Assembly: GCA_951406725.2 (NCBI GenBank)
Contig: OX597818.1
Location: 118,730,001 to 118,794,000, forward strand
Direction of reading: 5' to 3'
From: Octopus vulgaris
Taxonomy: Eukaryota
DNA: 64,000 nucleotides
How positions within the stretch are numbered: the stretch's first letter is position 1; each line of letters opens with the position of its first letter. The translations under genes and the position numbers were made by a program. This document shows positions 40,050 through 53,035 of this stretch, piece after piece. The notes beneath the pieces were generated by a model. That model saw nothing but the letters and a program-made list of their open reading frames with translations, was not told the origin of the DNA and did no database searches.

Positions 40050-40488
40050 GAGTGAGAGAGCAGTTCATACCATCAAAGTGACACTGGGGTAAAATATACG
40101 AAGCCCAATATACCCATCATGACTACCCGTCTGATAAAGGTACACCAGGCACATGCATCACAACCATATGTGCGCGACATGGTGATCTCATATCCAAGAT
40201 AAACAGCACATGACCTTGCAGGTGGGGCCCAGTTAGAATTTTCTTCAGGTTGAGTAGCCCATCCCGCTCAAACGGTCCCTGAATAAGGGTTGTTTAAGGA
40301 TTTGAAAGAACCACCCATGTTTCCAGAGGTGAACTATTCAAACCCCAAAGAATCCCTCTCAACACATGGCTATGATGCTCCCCCACTACTTCGGCTCGTG
40401 ATCAGAGATGCACATATCGTCAGCCACTAAGGGACATGCTCAACTGGTTAAGGTCAAACAACTGACAAGCAAATCTGTGGTATTGAGC

Positions 40489-40490
<2 letters not shown>
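40050..40490 (-). mobile_element. Non-coding element in (TAA)n, truncated copy
   Basis: Starts gagtgagagagcagt directly after (tta)n, as does 41240-41796; strand inferred from the shared left end and variable right end. Confidence 0.7.
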
Positions 40491-40577
<87 letters not shown>

Positions 40578-40599
40578 TTTTATTATTATTATTATTTTT

Positions 40600-41146
40600 C
40601 AGTCTTTCTTCAAATTTCCTCCAGTTTCTCCATTTCTTTTAGAGACACGTTGTCATCTGCCGCTATTGATACATCAATTAGAAAGCATTTTTTTTCTTCA
40701 TGATCTCTGACAACTATATCTGGTCTGTTGGCCTTAATTTCTCTATCTGTGTGTATCGGCATATCCCAGAGTATGGTTGCTTTCTCGTTTTCTGTGACCT
40801 TTTCTGGTGTCTGCCTATACCATTTTTTTCTGTTGTTATTCCATAATGTTGGCATAGCTTCCAATGTATGTAGGTTCCAACTCTGTCATGTCTGTGAATA
40901 TATTCCTTCTTAGCCAGGACTGGGCAGCTAGAGATAATATGATTTATTGTTTCTTGTCCATCTCCACATATTCTGCAGTTACTTGTAATATTTCCTTTCA
41001 TTACATGTTTTTGGTAATTTCTGGTGGGGAGGCTTTGGTCTTGTGCTGCAATTAAAAATCCCTCTGTTTCTGCTTTGAGTCCTGAGCTTCTCAACCATTG
41101 CTGGGATTTTTCTTTGTCTATTTCTTTTGCGTTTAGTTTAGTGCAG

Positions 41147-41148
<2 letters not shown>
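40600..41148 (-). mobile_element. R4/Dong-clade copy 3 (CCHC knuckle + RLE start)
   Basis: GLKAETEGFLIAAQDQSL...CRICGDGQETINHIISSC...YIHRHDRV; RPDIVV. Confidence 0.9.
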
Positions 41149-41239
<91 letters not shown>

Positions 41240-41796
41240 GAGTGAGAGAGCAGTGCATGCCATCAAAGTGACGCTGGGGTAAAATATACGAAGCCCAGCA
41301 TATCTATCATGACTACCCGTCTGATAAGGGTACACCAGGAACATACATCACAACCATATGTGCGCGACATGGTGATCTCATATCAAGATAAATAGCACAT
41401 GACCTTGCAGGTGGGGGCCCAGTTAGAATTTTCTTCTGCTCGAGTAACCCATCCCGCTCAAATGGTCCTTGAATAATGGTTGTTTAAGTATGTTGAACGA
41501 AACACCCATGTTTCCAGAGGCGAATTACTCAAACCACAAAGAATCCTTCTCAACATATGGCTATGATGCTGTCCCACTACTTCTGCTCGTGATCAGCGAT
41601 GCACATGTCGCCAGCCACTAAGGGACATGCTCAACTGATTACGGTCAAACAACTGACGAGCAAATCTGTGGTATTGAGCAGAATATTTGCTATAGCCCAT
41701 CTTTTATACCAAGACAAAACAATGTACATTAAACACTTCCAGTTAGTTTAGCTCAGAAGCCACGAGAGCCACTGCCTAATACTGCATCAGGGCATT
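41240..41796 (-). mobile_element. Non-coding element in (TAA)n, longer (~555 bp) copy
   Basis: Collinear with 40050-40490 and extends ~115 bp further; (TTA)n on both sides. Confidence 0.7.
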
Positions 41797-41826
41797 TTAT
41801 TATTTTTATTATTGTTATTACTAATA

Positions 41827-41873
<47 letters not shown>

Positions 41874-41902
41874 ATCATTATTATTATTATTATTATTATT
41901 AT

Positions 41903-41964
<62 letters not shown>

Positions 41965-41966
41965 TT

Positions 41967-42705
41967 AGTTCAGGCATTGTTAAAACCGCTGGAGGCTTGC
42001 ACGTATACCGAGCTTGCGACCTATAGCTCAGAGTATCATGTTATCTGATATTTTCAACTAATACTTTCGTGATTATTCTAGCCGTGCCAAAGAGATAAAT
42101 ATTCTGTAACAACTCCACTTGAACTTCTGTTCGGATTTCTTTTATTTTCCTCTTGATGCTTTCTGATACTTTCCCCAAGGACCGGACCATAATTGGCGCT
42201 ATCTTCACCTTCTTCATTTTCCACAATCGTGCTACCTCGTATTTGATAGCATTGCATATGTCTACTTTAACGCCTTCCCTCTTGACTATTAATGCATCAA
42301 AGGAGCACGCAACCTCACTTGTATTGCACATACTGTTCCCCTTCTCCACCACCATTAGGCCCGGCTTATTCTCTAGCACCTGATCTGTTTGAATTAGGAC
42401 ATTCCAAAGGGATTTTGCATGTTTCCAACACCGCTACTCTCTTTGGTTTGCGCTCATACTGCGTCTTGCCTCTCTCTAAACCCCACTTTTACAGTTTCTA
42501 ATGAAGCACGCTTGCTTCGTCATCGTATCTTCCAAATATATAATAGTTTTGAGCAAGTCTAGGGCATTATCGATGTTGGCTATAGTTTCGTGAACTCTGT
42601 TATAAATTCAGCACAGTAGGGAGTCTTGCTCATTCCCAACGCTGACCCTTTAACTGTGGCCAAAGCTTGGTCTTGTGCTGCCAGCATGGTGCTCTTTGTC
42701 TCGAT
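41967..42705 (-). mobile_element. Older, divergent R4/Dong-clade fragment
   Basis: ETKSTMLAAQDQALAT (~42655-42702) and NKPGLMVV...EVAC...KYEVARLWKMKKVKIAPIMVRSLG; 3' end abuts (TAA)n. Confidence 0.8.
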
Positions 42706-42789
42706 CAGCTAAGAGAATAAAGATAATCTTAGAATACAAAACCAAAACCCTTGAAATTACAATTACCCACGATTCATATGATAGTGTGC

Positions 42790-43330
42790 ATACATGCGAT
42801 TGAGTTGGTTAATACATGTTAAACCATCTTAATTCGAAATTTTCTGGTCATAGCATCGTATATACTGCGACGATGCTTTTGCAGTATCACACATTTTTGA
42901 TTAACATTCTATGGATTCCGAGGACTTAACATATCTATCGCTACCAACTTAACTAAACTAACGTTTTAGATTTGTCTTTAGTTCTCAAGACTAATTCGTA
43001 TAAGCTCTTCAGCAAACATAACGAGACCTTAGAATATACCAATAAACACTCCTGTTACCTATCTATTGTATTTAAAGAATTCAATTGCAAATATTAGCCG
43101 TAGGGTCACATGCTTTCTTCTAAAGAAACATTCGAAAAGGCCGCTCCATATTATATTAAGGCCCTACAGGATAGCGACTTTATTGATAACATTTTCTACA
43201 TACCCTATCAACTCTCCCATCTAGACGTAAGAATAGATCTGGGAAAGGTTTCTGGTTTGCCATACACGCCCTTTCTCCCTTAATGTTAGGACAAACGCAG
43301 GTAGAAAGATTCTTGTCGGAATTTTAAAGT
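42790..43330 (+). mobile_element. Decayed Penelope-like element RT/thumb fragment
   Basis: Manual translation: IYCDDAFA, FLDLSLVLKTNSYKLFSKHNETLEY, SSKETFEKAAPYYIKALQDS, NVRTNAGRK - PLE RT motifs with frameshifts. Confidence 0.7.
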
Positions 43331-43611
43331 AGACCACCAGACACTTAGTGAAACATTAGCATCTGGTTTGTGTCTGCTTCATATTGAATTCTTGTAACGC
43401 TGATTACGTTTCTTGTGTTTTTCTTTTTGTCTTCTTTACAAACGCATCTTGTTTAAGTGTTATCTCTTCAAAAGACAATTGACAAACGGCCTTGTCTACA
43501 GCTTGATAGAAAAGCGCAATAAATTACTATTTCGGTACGAAACACTGGGTAGCGATATAGATTTTTGGTCTAGTCTATCTATCTATCTATATATATATAT
43601 ATATTCATCTG

Positions 43612-43835
43612 TAATATAATATGTGACAATTATTCGGTTACCATAATAAGACTCCGAGTTTCGGATGTAGGGGTGGAAACCTGCTCCAGCATCTCTTCAG
43701 TTATCGAGTGATGAAAATATGCTCATATTTTGATTGCCTCGATATCTGAAGAGATGCCGGAGCAGGTTTCCATCCCGACATCCGAAACTCGGTGTCTTAT
43801 TATTGCAACCGAATAATTGTCACATATTACATTAT
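43612..43835. ncRNA. ~220-nt foldback element with two divergent hammerhead folds (43646-43704 minus; 43742-43800 plus)
   Basis: Arms are reverse complements around ~43722; each reads ata(a/t)-CTGAAGA-gatg...catc-c-GAAAC-tcgg(a/t)-GTC-ttat. Confidence 0.75.
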
Positions 43836-43896
43836 ATTCATGTTATATGTGTGAATGTGTGTGTATGTATGTGTGTATGTATGTATGTATATAACA

Positions 43897-44113
43897 CACG
43901 AGGACTGGTGAAAAGTTCCTGTGACTTTTGATAAAAGAAAATACAGGAGGGTTAGTTAATTGTGATTTTATTCAACATATTCCCCTCTGAAATTCACACT
44001 CTTATTGCGGCAGTTCTTCGGTTTTTCTAAACCCTGTAAAAGAACTCGAAATGTTAGGCCTCCATCCAGGCCTTTCGCGACACTCTTAAGGCCAGGAACT
44101 CAGCACTCTCTCG

Positions 44114-44115
<2 letters not shown>
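43897..44115. mobile_element. Mariner-derived MITE (~220 bp)
   Basis: TIR-like ends acgagg...tgaaaagttcctg / caggaac-tcagcactctctcgta resembling the TIRs of 27372-28655; second copy at 53036-53256. Confidence 0.8.
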
Positions 44116-44198
<83 letters not shown>

Positions 44199-44553
44199 AT
44201 GTATATATATGAAGCTTCGGTCGAGTGGACTAGACATTTTGAAGATAAACCACTTAGCCAGCACCGATAACACAGGAATCAGGTAGATACAAATAAGATG
44301 GGCTTCTGTATGGATGCTACCAACCAAATTTCAATCACCAGACATTGTTCAACCCAAGGCGACAGTAAAAAAAAAAAAAAAACACTTGCTCCACATGGTA
44401 ACGCATGCGCATGATAATTTAGTGTAAGGCAAATCATCATTTCTTATGCCTCTGATCGAAGAATCGGATGTTTTTTCATGTTTTTGGCATAGATAGAAAA
44501 CTGTATTATAGTTTCTGGTGCAAGACAATACACCTCCCCACACACACACACAC

Positions 44554-44593
<40 letters not shown>

Positions 44594-45058
44594 TCACTCC
44601 CTGTTGAGAAAATATTTCCTGTAATAAATTCTCCTAATTTTGTCCAGCTGCAAAAACCTGCGATAAATTATACACGTTATATGAAAGTCGATCATCAGGT
44701 ATCCCGTCCTGATTGAATACACATCTTCGAATCTTCTCCGATCGGCCTATTGTTCCGATTTGTGTTTTACGACTGAAACGGATCTCTTGTTCCTACCGTA
44801 ACTGTCTTTGGTTGCTCGAACAGGTAACCGGGATACGTAACCCCGAAATGCAACCCAAAAGTGTTTGTGGTAACCCGAACCTACTATATCTAGGAATATT
44901 GAAGAGTCCCTATCCAGATAGATGCTGTAAATATATTTGAATTTCTTCGAAGGAAGAATATAAATGAGGTTATCATTAATAGATTTCATTAACCTATATC
45001 TTTAATAAGGAAACTGTATCATGAATGCAACTAATCTTATATGGAGAAAATAAATAAA

Positions 45059-45460
45059 CGCAGGAGTGGCTGTGTGGTAAGTAGCTTGCTAACCAACCAC
45101 ATGGTTCCGGGTTCAGTCCCACTGCGTGGCATCTTGGGCAAGTGTCTTCTGCTATAGCCCCGGGCCGACCAATGCCTTGTGAGTGGATTTGGTAGACAGA
45201 AACTGAAAGAAGCCTGTCGTATATATGTATATATATATAAGTGTGTGTGTATATGTTTGTGTGTCTGTGATTGTCCCCCTACCATTGCTTGACAACCGAT
45301 GCTGGTGTGTTTACGTCCCCGTCAACTAGCGGTTCGGCAAAAGAGACCGATAGAATAAGTACTGGGCTTACAAAGAATAAGTCCCGGGGTCGATTTGCTA
45401 GACTAAACGCGGTGCTCCAGCATGGCCGCAGTCAAATGACTGAAATAAGTAGAAGAGTAA
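45059..45460 (+). mobile_element. SINE family A, full length
   Basis: cgcaggagtggctgtgtggtaag...gcggtgctccagcatggccgcagtcaaatgactgaaa. Confidence 0.9.
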
Positions 45461-46194
45461 ACGGCGCAAATGTGATACACCCAATTTTGATGAGATCTGT
45501 TAATGCATCTTTCAAGGGAAATAACTCTGGCAAATGTTATAATAGAGTTATCGTTGCTACATTTTATTAAATGCTTGTCTTTCTTTTCATTGTTTTATAT
45601 TTGCCTTGTGGTTTTCCTGATGTTTAGTTTTTAAATTTTAACAGTTTTTCTCATCCTTTCTTTTTTCAGCAATTCAACTTTGGCCATACTTGCGCACTGC
45701 TTCAAAGACTTTTAGTTCAACAACTCTACCTAAGTATCTATTTTTTAAAGTATGTCTGGGATTTGGGCCGAACCGCTAGTTTACGGGAACATAAACAAAC
45801 CAAAACTCATTGTCAAGCCGTGGGTGGTGGGCACAGCTGACTAGAAAAAACAATCATAAATACACACACACGCACACACACATACATATATATATACAAG
45901 AACGATGTATTTAGTTTTCATCGACGTAATCCGCATACAAGGTGTAGGATTAATGGTTATTTGGAGGGTAAAGGAAAAGACATTCGTGCCACGCAATGGG
46001 AGACTAAAACCGGAACCATTCGGTAGGGATACAAACATCTTCATTTATTTATTTATTTATTTATTTATTTGCTTATTCATTTATTTATTTATTTGCGTTG
46101 AACGTCATTTCACGGCAGGTATACATAACCACGCCAACAAATATATTTCTCTGTGAACACTCGAGACATTCGAGCAATAATAACCAGATTGCCC

Positions 46195-46420
46195 TGATGT
46201 CAGCGTTTGGCCATCGCCACCGCTTGACAACCGGTGTTGCTGTCTTTATGTCCCTGTAATTTAGCGGTCGGTTCGGCAAAAGAGACCAAGAATAAGTAGC
46301 AGGATACAAACATCTTCATTTATTTATTTATTTATTTATCAGTTTGTTCGACTAAAGTTCTTGGAGGCGGTGCCACAGCATGGCCACTCTCTGGTGACTG
46401 AAACAAGCAAAAGATAAAAA
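46195..46420 (+). mobile_element. SINE family A 3' part with a local templated insert
   Basis: cgcttgacaaccgg...ggcggtgccacagcatggccac; contains ggatacaaacatcttcattttatttatttatt, also present at 46028-46060. Confidence 0.65.
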
Positions 46421-46699
46421 AACATACACACACAGATAGACACACAGACAATCTGTAGTTCTTCGATCAATATTACAAGTTCAGGTTTATACCTGTAATT
46501 ATTGGAGCCCTGGGATATGTAGCACACTGCCTAAATACCAATCTTGAGAATTTGGGGTTCTCAGAAGCAGAAAGGAGAAAACTGATTCAAAGACTACTGA
46601 TCCAATCCATCACTGCATCTGTAAAAATAGGTAAAACCTTCCAGAAGTTATCATTTAAATATATATGAGTATGTCTAGATATGCAACTATATGCACGAG

Positions 46700-47437
46700 A
46701 ATACATACATAAAACATACAAATCTGCAGATACATACACACATACATACATACATACATACATACATACATACATACATACATACATAAACACAGACACA
46801 TACATTCATACATACATGCATACACACATACATACACACACACACACATACATACATACATACATACACACATACATACATAGATACATACATAATACAT
46901 ACATACATGCATACATACATACATACATACATACACACATACATACACGCATACATATATACATACATACACATACATACACTCATACAATCATACATAC
47001 ATACATACATACATACATACATACATACATGCATACATACATACATACAAACATGCATACATACATACATACATACATACACACATACATACACGCATAC
47101 ATATATACATACACATACATACACACATACAATCATACATACATACATGCATACATACATACATACACACATACATACACGCATACATATATACATACAT
47201 GCATACACACATACAATCATACATACATACATACATACATGCATACATACATACATACAAACATGCATACATACATACATACATACATACATACACACAT
47301 ACATACACGCATACATATATACATACACATACATACACACATACAATCATACATACATACATACATACATACATACATACATACATACATACATACATAC
47401 ATACATACATACATACATACATACATACATACATACA
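46700..47437. repeat. Long compound (CATA)n microsatellite with higher-order variant blocks
   Basis: Recurring variants (acacgcatacatatatacat; atacaatcat; acaaacatgc) inside (CATA)n; source of the HTYI/MYVC ORFs. Confidence 0.95.
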
Positions 47438-47705
47438 AACGGCATCAATGTCGTTTGAAAAAAATAAGAGAAATATGACATCGATGGACCATTAATAAGG
47501 AGTTTACAAATCTGGTATTCAAAACACACAATCAGTTTCATATCTACTATTATTCGGGCAACAGGACATATACAAACATCTCTGGAGCAAAGTGTAGCTG
47601 AATATGTGTTCTTGGTGAAAGGACATCAATCTGTTATTCATACTCTACAAATTATGACGATATCTAAGACTATAAATATCAGCAAGACCTAAATAATAAA
47701 ATAAA

Positions 47706-47940
47706 TGCGCCCTTTTAAAGCCTAGCCAGGCTTCCTGGTTTCTATGGCGTATGTGTTCTCCAGCTGGACGGGACGCCAATCCATCGCAGCGTTACTCATT
47801 TTTGCCAGCTGAGTGGACTGGAGCAACGTGAAATGAAGTGTTTTGCTCACGAATACAACACATCGCCCGGTTCAGGAATCGAAACCACAATCTTACGCTC
47901 ATGATGCTGACACTTTAACCACTAAGCTACTCGTCTTCAC
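47706..47940 (-). mobile_element. Chimeric SINE: family D head + tail type X
   Basis: gcgcccttttaaagcctagccag...catcgcagcgttactca (as 8356-8456) joined to tttttgccagctgagtggactggagcaac (as 21429-21460). Confidence 0.8.
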
Positions 47941-48124
47941 GTCAGCAAGACCTACTTAAAATTTACAGGATGGTAAACAAAAGAAGGTACTTTCCAGTCA
48001 CAACCTTGCTACCAGCCAGGTTGCCGGTCAAACTCCACCTGTCTAACACTCGTGGACATCATTTCGTTTTTCATTTTATCCAGTTTCAGCTCACGAGCTG
48101 TGGCCATGCTGGGGCAAAGTCAGA

Positions 48125-48413
48125 AATCAGCACAGATCCCATGACTTTCGGAAACATTTTTTCACGCTAAGAGTTGCTGAAGCATGGAACAAGCTGCCGG
48201 CATCAGTGGTTAGTTGTCGGAGCACTGAATCCTTCAAAACTTCCATGCTTCCTGAGATACACCTGACTTTCTCCCCTCCATACACACGCAAGCATGTATC
48301 TGACTCCTACACTGTTCACTTTCCAGACATTTGTACATTACTGCATATGCTTTATACGCACTTTTGACAAGTTGTGGTGCACCTGAGCACTGTATACAAT
48401 AATTTCATTGTTA

Positions 48414-48447
<34 letters not shown>

Positions 48448-48448
48448 C

Positions 48449-48495
<47 letters not shown>
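48125..48495 (+). mobile_element. CR1-type LINE 3' end (second family) with (ATT)n tail
   Basis: FFTLRVAEAWNKLPASVVSCRSTESFK C-terminal motif, 3' UTR, then (att)n. Confidence 0.75.
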
Positions 48496-48498
<3 letters not shown>

Positions 48499-48626
48499 AA
48501 TTTAATCGAAATAAGAGAGGAAGAGAAGTACATATATACATCCATTCATACATACATGCATTCATACATGCTCATACATACATGCATACATACATACATA
48601 CATACATACATACATACATACATACA

Positions 48627-48656
<30 letters not shown>

Positions 48657-48657
<1 letters not shown>

Positions 48658-49167
48658 TGGCTGCCCCCTCATTATGAGTATGACCATTGCACGAAGCTTA
48701 AACAATGTTGTTATCGTGCAATGCCTGTGCAAGAAGATTTTTTTTAAAGTGAGGAGAGGTTGTCCACTGAGTCAATCTCACTCACTAAGCAACAGCAGCC
48801 ATAATCCGAAAAGAAGAAGTCAACATCATCGATAACCACTGAGCCGCAGGTTTTTTGTCGGAGTTATCCCAGTTATCTGAGTAACCTTCTCCTAGAAGGA
48901 TGCCCTAACAAAGGCTAGGAGTCCTTCACTCACAATGGTTTAACCGAGCGATCGGGTATTCAGTCCGATTATTTCTGTCCTCGCGCATGATATAACCGTA
49001 AGACATTTATTGGATGGCCGGTGACTCTCAAGAGTTCCTCCGCCCTTTGACGGGTTTTGTTTTTCACCCAGCAGGGTGACCAATAAATACCCTCCTCACC
49101 AAGCAACGACCCGACCATGCAACAGGTTGTACTGGGTTACATGTTACCAGTAGCACTCGAAAGTGAC
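48657..49167 (-). mobile_element. Probable RTE-derived bipartite non-autonomous element in (CATA)n
   Basis: Minus strand has RTE-5'UTR-like cttctaggagaagg and ends ggtcatactcataatgagggggcagccaa + (tatg)n; no ORF. Confidence 0.5.
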
Positions 49168-49699
49168 ATACATACATACCTACATACATACAAGTAAAGT
49201 ATGCATGCGTTCGTCTCTATGTGCACCAGGCATTGGTTATATTAGGGCCACATTGGTTAAAATCTTACTCAAAATTTCAATTCATATTGTGATTTTTTTT
49301 TAAGAAAAAAACCTTCCCAGAGATTTATGTCGTGGCCCTTCCGCAAGAAATTCAGACACGTTCCATCAAGGTCAGCGTCCCTTATTAATAAAGATGAAAT
49401 GAAAAGATGTTTCCTTTACCTCAAAGTAGAGGGAATAAGCATAATTATTATTGGTATGTCATAGGTGGGAAACTATCCTAGCAATATATAAACAAACAAG
49501 CAAGTAAAAAGTATTATCAAAACAAGTTTTTTTTTTACTGTTAATAGCATTTTATATGCTGTTACAAACAATATCCCAACACCAAAATATAATCATAGAG
49601 GTAAAATGATTTTAAAGGGAAGTAACTTATAACAAGAGTTTTATAGTTATCTCCCTTGCCTCACTAAGCTGTCAATTTTGATTTACCTTCTTTTTTAAC

Positions 49700-49919
49700 T
49701 CATTTACTCTTTCACTTGTTTCAGTCATTTGTCCGCGGCCATGCTGGAGCACGGCATTTAGTTGAACAAATCCACCCAGAGACTTATTTTTTGTAGGACT
49801 AGTACTTATTCTATCGGTCTATTTTGCCGAACCGCTAAGTTACTGGGTCGTAAACACCGGCATCCGTTGTCAAGCGATGTTGGGGGGACATGCACAAACA
49901 CACAAACATATACACACAC

Positions 49920-50002
<83 letters not shown>

Positions 50003-50093
50003 CATATATACGACGGGCTTCTTTCAGTTTCCCTCTACCAAATCTGCTCACAAGGCTTTGGTCTGCCCGAGGCTATAGTAGAAGACACTTACC
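49700..50093 (-). mobile_element. SINE family A, head truncated, long internal (TA)n
   Basis: Collinear with 10913-11240. Confidence 0.85.
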
Positions 50094-50293
50094 CAATACA
50101 GTTTATCCCTTATAGCGGTTTGGATTTTGGTTATTCCTTCTAGCGTGCCAGGAATCCTAAGACGGATACCTCTTATGTGTTTAAATGTACACTGTATTTA
50201 TATGAATGATATATAGTCTATTCACTAATTTTTCTACACCCTAGGCCACTGGTAGATGAAATTTCAAAAATTTTTATTACCCTGATATTAATA

Positions 50294-50420
<127 letters not shown>

Positions 50421-50458
50421 TATATATATATATATATATATCACATACACACACTTAT

Positions 50459-51205
50459 ATACGAGACGGTAACCAAAAAAAAAAAAACTTGAATTTTGCA
50501 ATATTATTTTATTCACTTAGTTTTACATGTTTACACTTTTATCGTCTTCAAAGTATTCTCCATTTGAAGCAATGCATCGGCCCGGTTGCGTTTTCCACTA
50601 TTCGAAGCAGTCCTGAAACACTTGCGAAGTGATGCCTTTTAACTCCTCCGTTGTTTTGTTTTCCTCTCCTTTTCCACATCTGCAAAACGTTTTCCTTTGA
50701 GGAGATTTCTCGTTTGGAGTCACACAAAAAAAGTCGCAGAGAGGATGATCAACTTCTAACTGTTCTTTCAGTTCACGACACACATTTGGTCGTGACTGCT
50801 TTGGATCTTCCGTGAGGAAGTGAATCACAAATTTTGCTGCAACTCTTTTCATCTGGAATTCCTCACTCAAAATTCGCTGCCATGAGCTCCAGAACACACC
50901 AATTATATCAACAAGTTCCTCAATTATTCGGTGACTGCCCTCGAAGATCAGTTTATAAATTTTCGTTATGCTTTCATTCGTTCGGAGGATGGACGAGGGC
51001 CCTGAACGGGTTGGTCTTGACCATTCCTAAAGCGTGAAAACCAGTTGTTAACTTTTGTTTTGTTCATAGCAGCGTCTTTGCAAACTATGTGAAGCATAAT
51101 AACTGTTTCGGTGGCCGTTTGCACCAGAAGAAAACAGAATTTCACTGAAGTACGCTGTTCCTTCGTTTCAGCCATGGCAATAATCGATAAACGTGGGAGA
51201 AGCAC
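50459..51205 (-). mobile_element. Internally deleted mariner relic (second family)
   Basis: EQRTSVKFCFLL..TATETV.ML...WFSRFRNG; ILSEEFQMKRVAAKFV; LCDFF (PxDF motif); terminal tacgag at 50460. Confidence 0.85.
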
Positions 51206-51214
51206 AGCAGGGAA

Positions 51215-52450
51215 GCCCGAACTACAACGGGATTTTCCCATAAAGAACGTTTCTGGTTACTTTTGAGCACCTCTTTGTTATATTAGTAGGATGGTTGCTA
51301 AAAATGCTGATATATTTTAGATTGGCGGAAGGTTTACGGTATGGGAAATAGAAAGCTGTATTTAAGTTGCGTTTGAAGTCAAGGAATTTAACCTTTGTTC
51401 TATCATCATCAAAGGTAAAACTCACGACCATATTACTGAAGAATTTAATTAGATTATTTTTAACATTTTGTAATTTATGATTAGAGATATTTTGGAGGTA
51501 AAGAAGACAATCGTCGCGATATACACCACCGAAGATATATGGGAATTGGTCAACAAGTTTTTTGACAGAATATAAATACCGACCAAGTCAGAAATTTGAG
51601 CTGAGTCGTTGGACCCCATAGGTATATCAAAGCAGTCAGGTCGATCTTTACGAACCCAAAATCTATTATCAAATTTGATAATATATTTTCTAGCTGCTGA
51701 AACAAAAATTCATCCTGGGTGACGCCGGATTTATTATGCACGAACTATAAGGACAGATAAGACGGAGAGTTGGGTTAGTGGAGAAGTTTGGTTTGTGGTC
51801 CTTTGAAACAAAACGGAGCTGCTTTGGTTTTAACGGTTCAGTCTTCAGTTGTAAGTTATATTTTTCCATAATTTTCTTAGCTCCCAGGTTTGCATTTCTG
51901 ATATGATTTTTACCAGTAGTCTTGTATGTATTTTTATATTCCATTCCTAAGTAATTTTAGGTAATAACCCTTGTTTAAGTGATACAGGTTACCAGTTTTA
52001 TCGGATTCAACAAGCAGGCCTTCCATGCTGTTAATTTTTCAACCTGTTTTGCCCATCTACAATCAACATGCTATAAATAAGAATGTATGTTTCGTGGTTT
52101 GGGATTTTGACATCTCTTTTCAGCATGTAAGGAGACCAGATAAGATGGAGTGCTGGGTTATTGAAGAAGATAGTGTTGTGGTCTATTGTTAAGAATGTTA
52201 AATTCCATCGTTCTCCCTTAAAGAATAAACAGCATGTTGACTTATTTCTGTGTGAATGATCTTCTGGGTGTATTACAGCTGTGGATCTTTCAGTCTCACA
52301 GCTTGTTTTGTGTGCTCTATTCGTCGTATCACCGAATTCATGCAGCTGGCATACAGACTGGAATTGGTGCATTCTTTAATGTAGTGAAACTGTCGGGTAG
52401 TTATTTTCTTTCCATTTTCATCTTTATTTTCTACTTGCGTTCCCTTTTTT
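51215..52450 (-). mobile_element. Decayed Penelope-like element RT
   Basis: LLVESDKTGNLY, KDHKPNFSTNPTLRLICP, GGVYRDDCL (~51503-51530), FLDF...PYRKP...YISIFSNHP. Confidence 0.85.
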
Positions 52451-52867
52451 TATTACTATAAGGGAGAAAAAACATCATATTCCGAAACTCCGAGTCCGAA
52501 TGCTAATTGGGTCTATAAAGCAACACTGTCATCAGGTAGTACGTTCTATTTAGAGTATAACAGATATTATTTTTGGCCATATGTAACTTTTAAAAATACA
52601 CATCAGAAAATCTTTCATTTCAGAAACGTTATCCCATGTTGGTATTTTTTCCTCAAATTTTCTGGTATTCTAACTTGACAACCACCAAAACTATATTTAA
52701 ATCGGTGAATGGTACTTCGCAATCCAAAGCTGACATTCTTTGACACTTCATAATGATTCAATGTTATGTCAACGATACCAAGACATATCAATGACACATG
52801 CTCGTATTACATCGCAAATATTTGTCTATGTCAACCAAAGCTACAATATTACAACAAGAAACAGTTA

Positions 52868-52915
<48 letters not shown>

Positions 52916-53035
52916 GCTTATGTGCGTATGTATGAGCGAGTGTGGACGCGTGTATCTATGTGTGAGTGTGTGTACCTGCATAAGGGTGGGGATATACACG
53001 TGCGTGTATATGTATACATATATTTTATAGGTATG

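Noticed and set aside
46681-47495. Long ORFs (265, 219, 183 aa) rich in HTYI/MYVC
   Set aside because: Translations of a stop-free (CATA)n microsatellite; the same applies to all YI, CV, HT, poly-I/L/Y/N/M ORFs in the track.
52615-52797. Repeated ORF MSLICLGIVDITLN... as duplicated exons
   Set aside because: No convincing splice signals or protein motif; explained by local DNA duplication.
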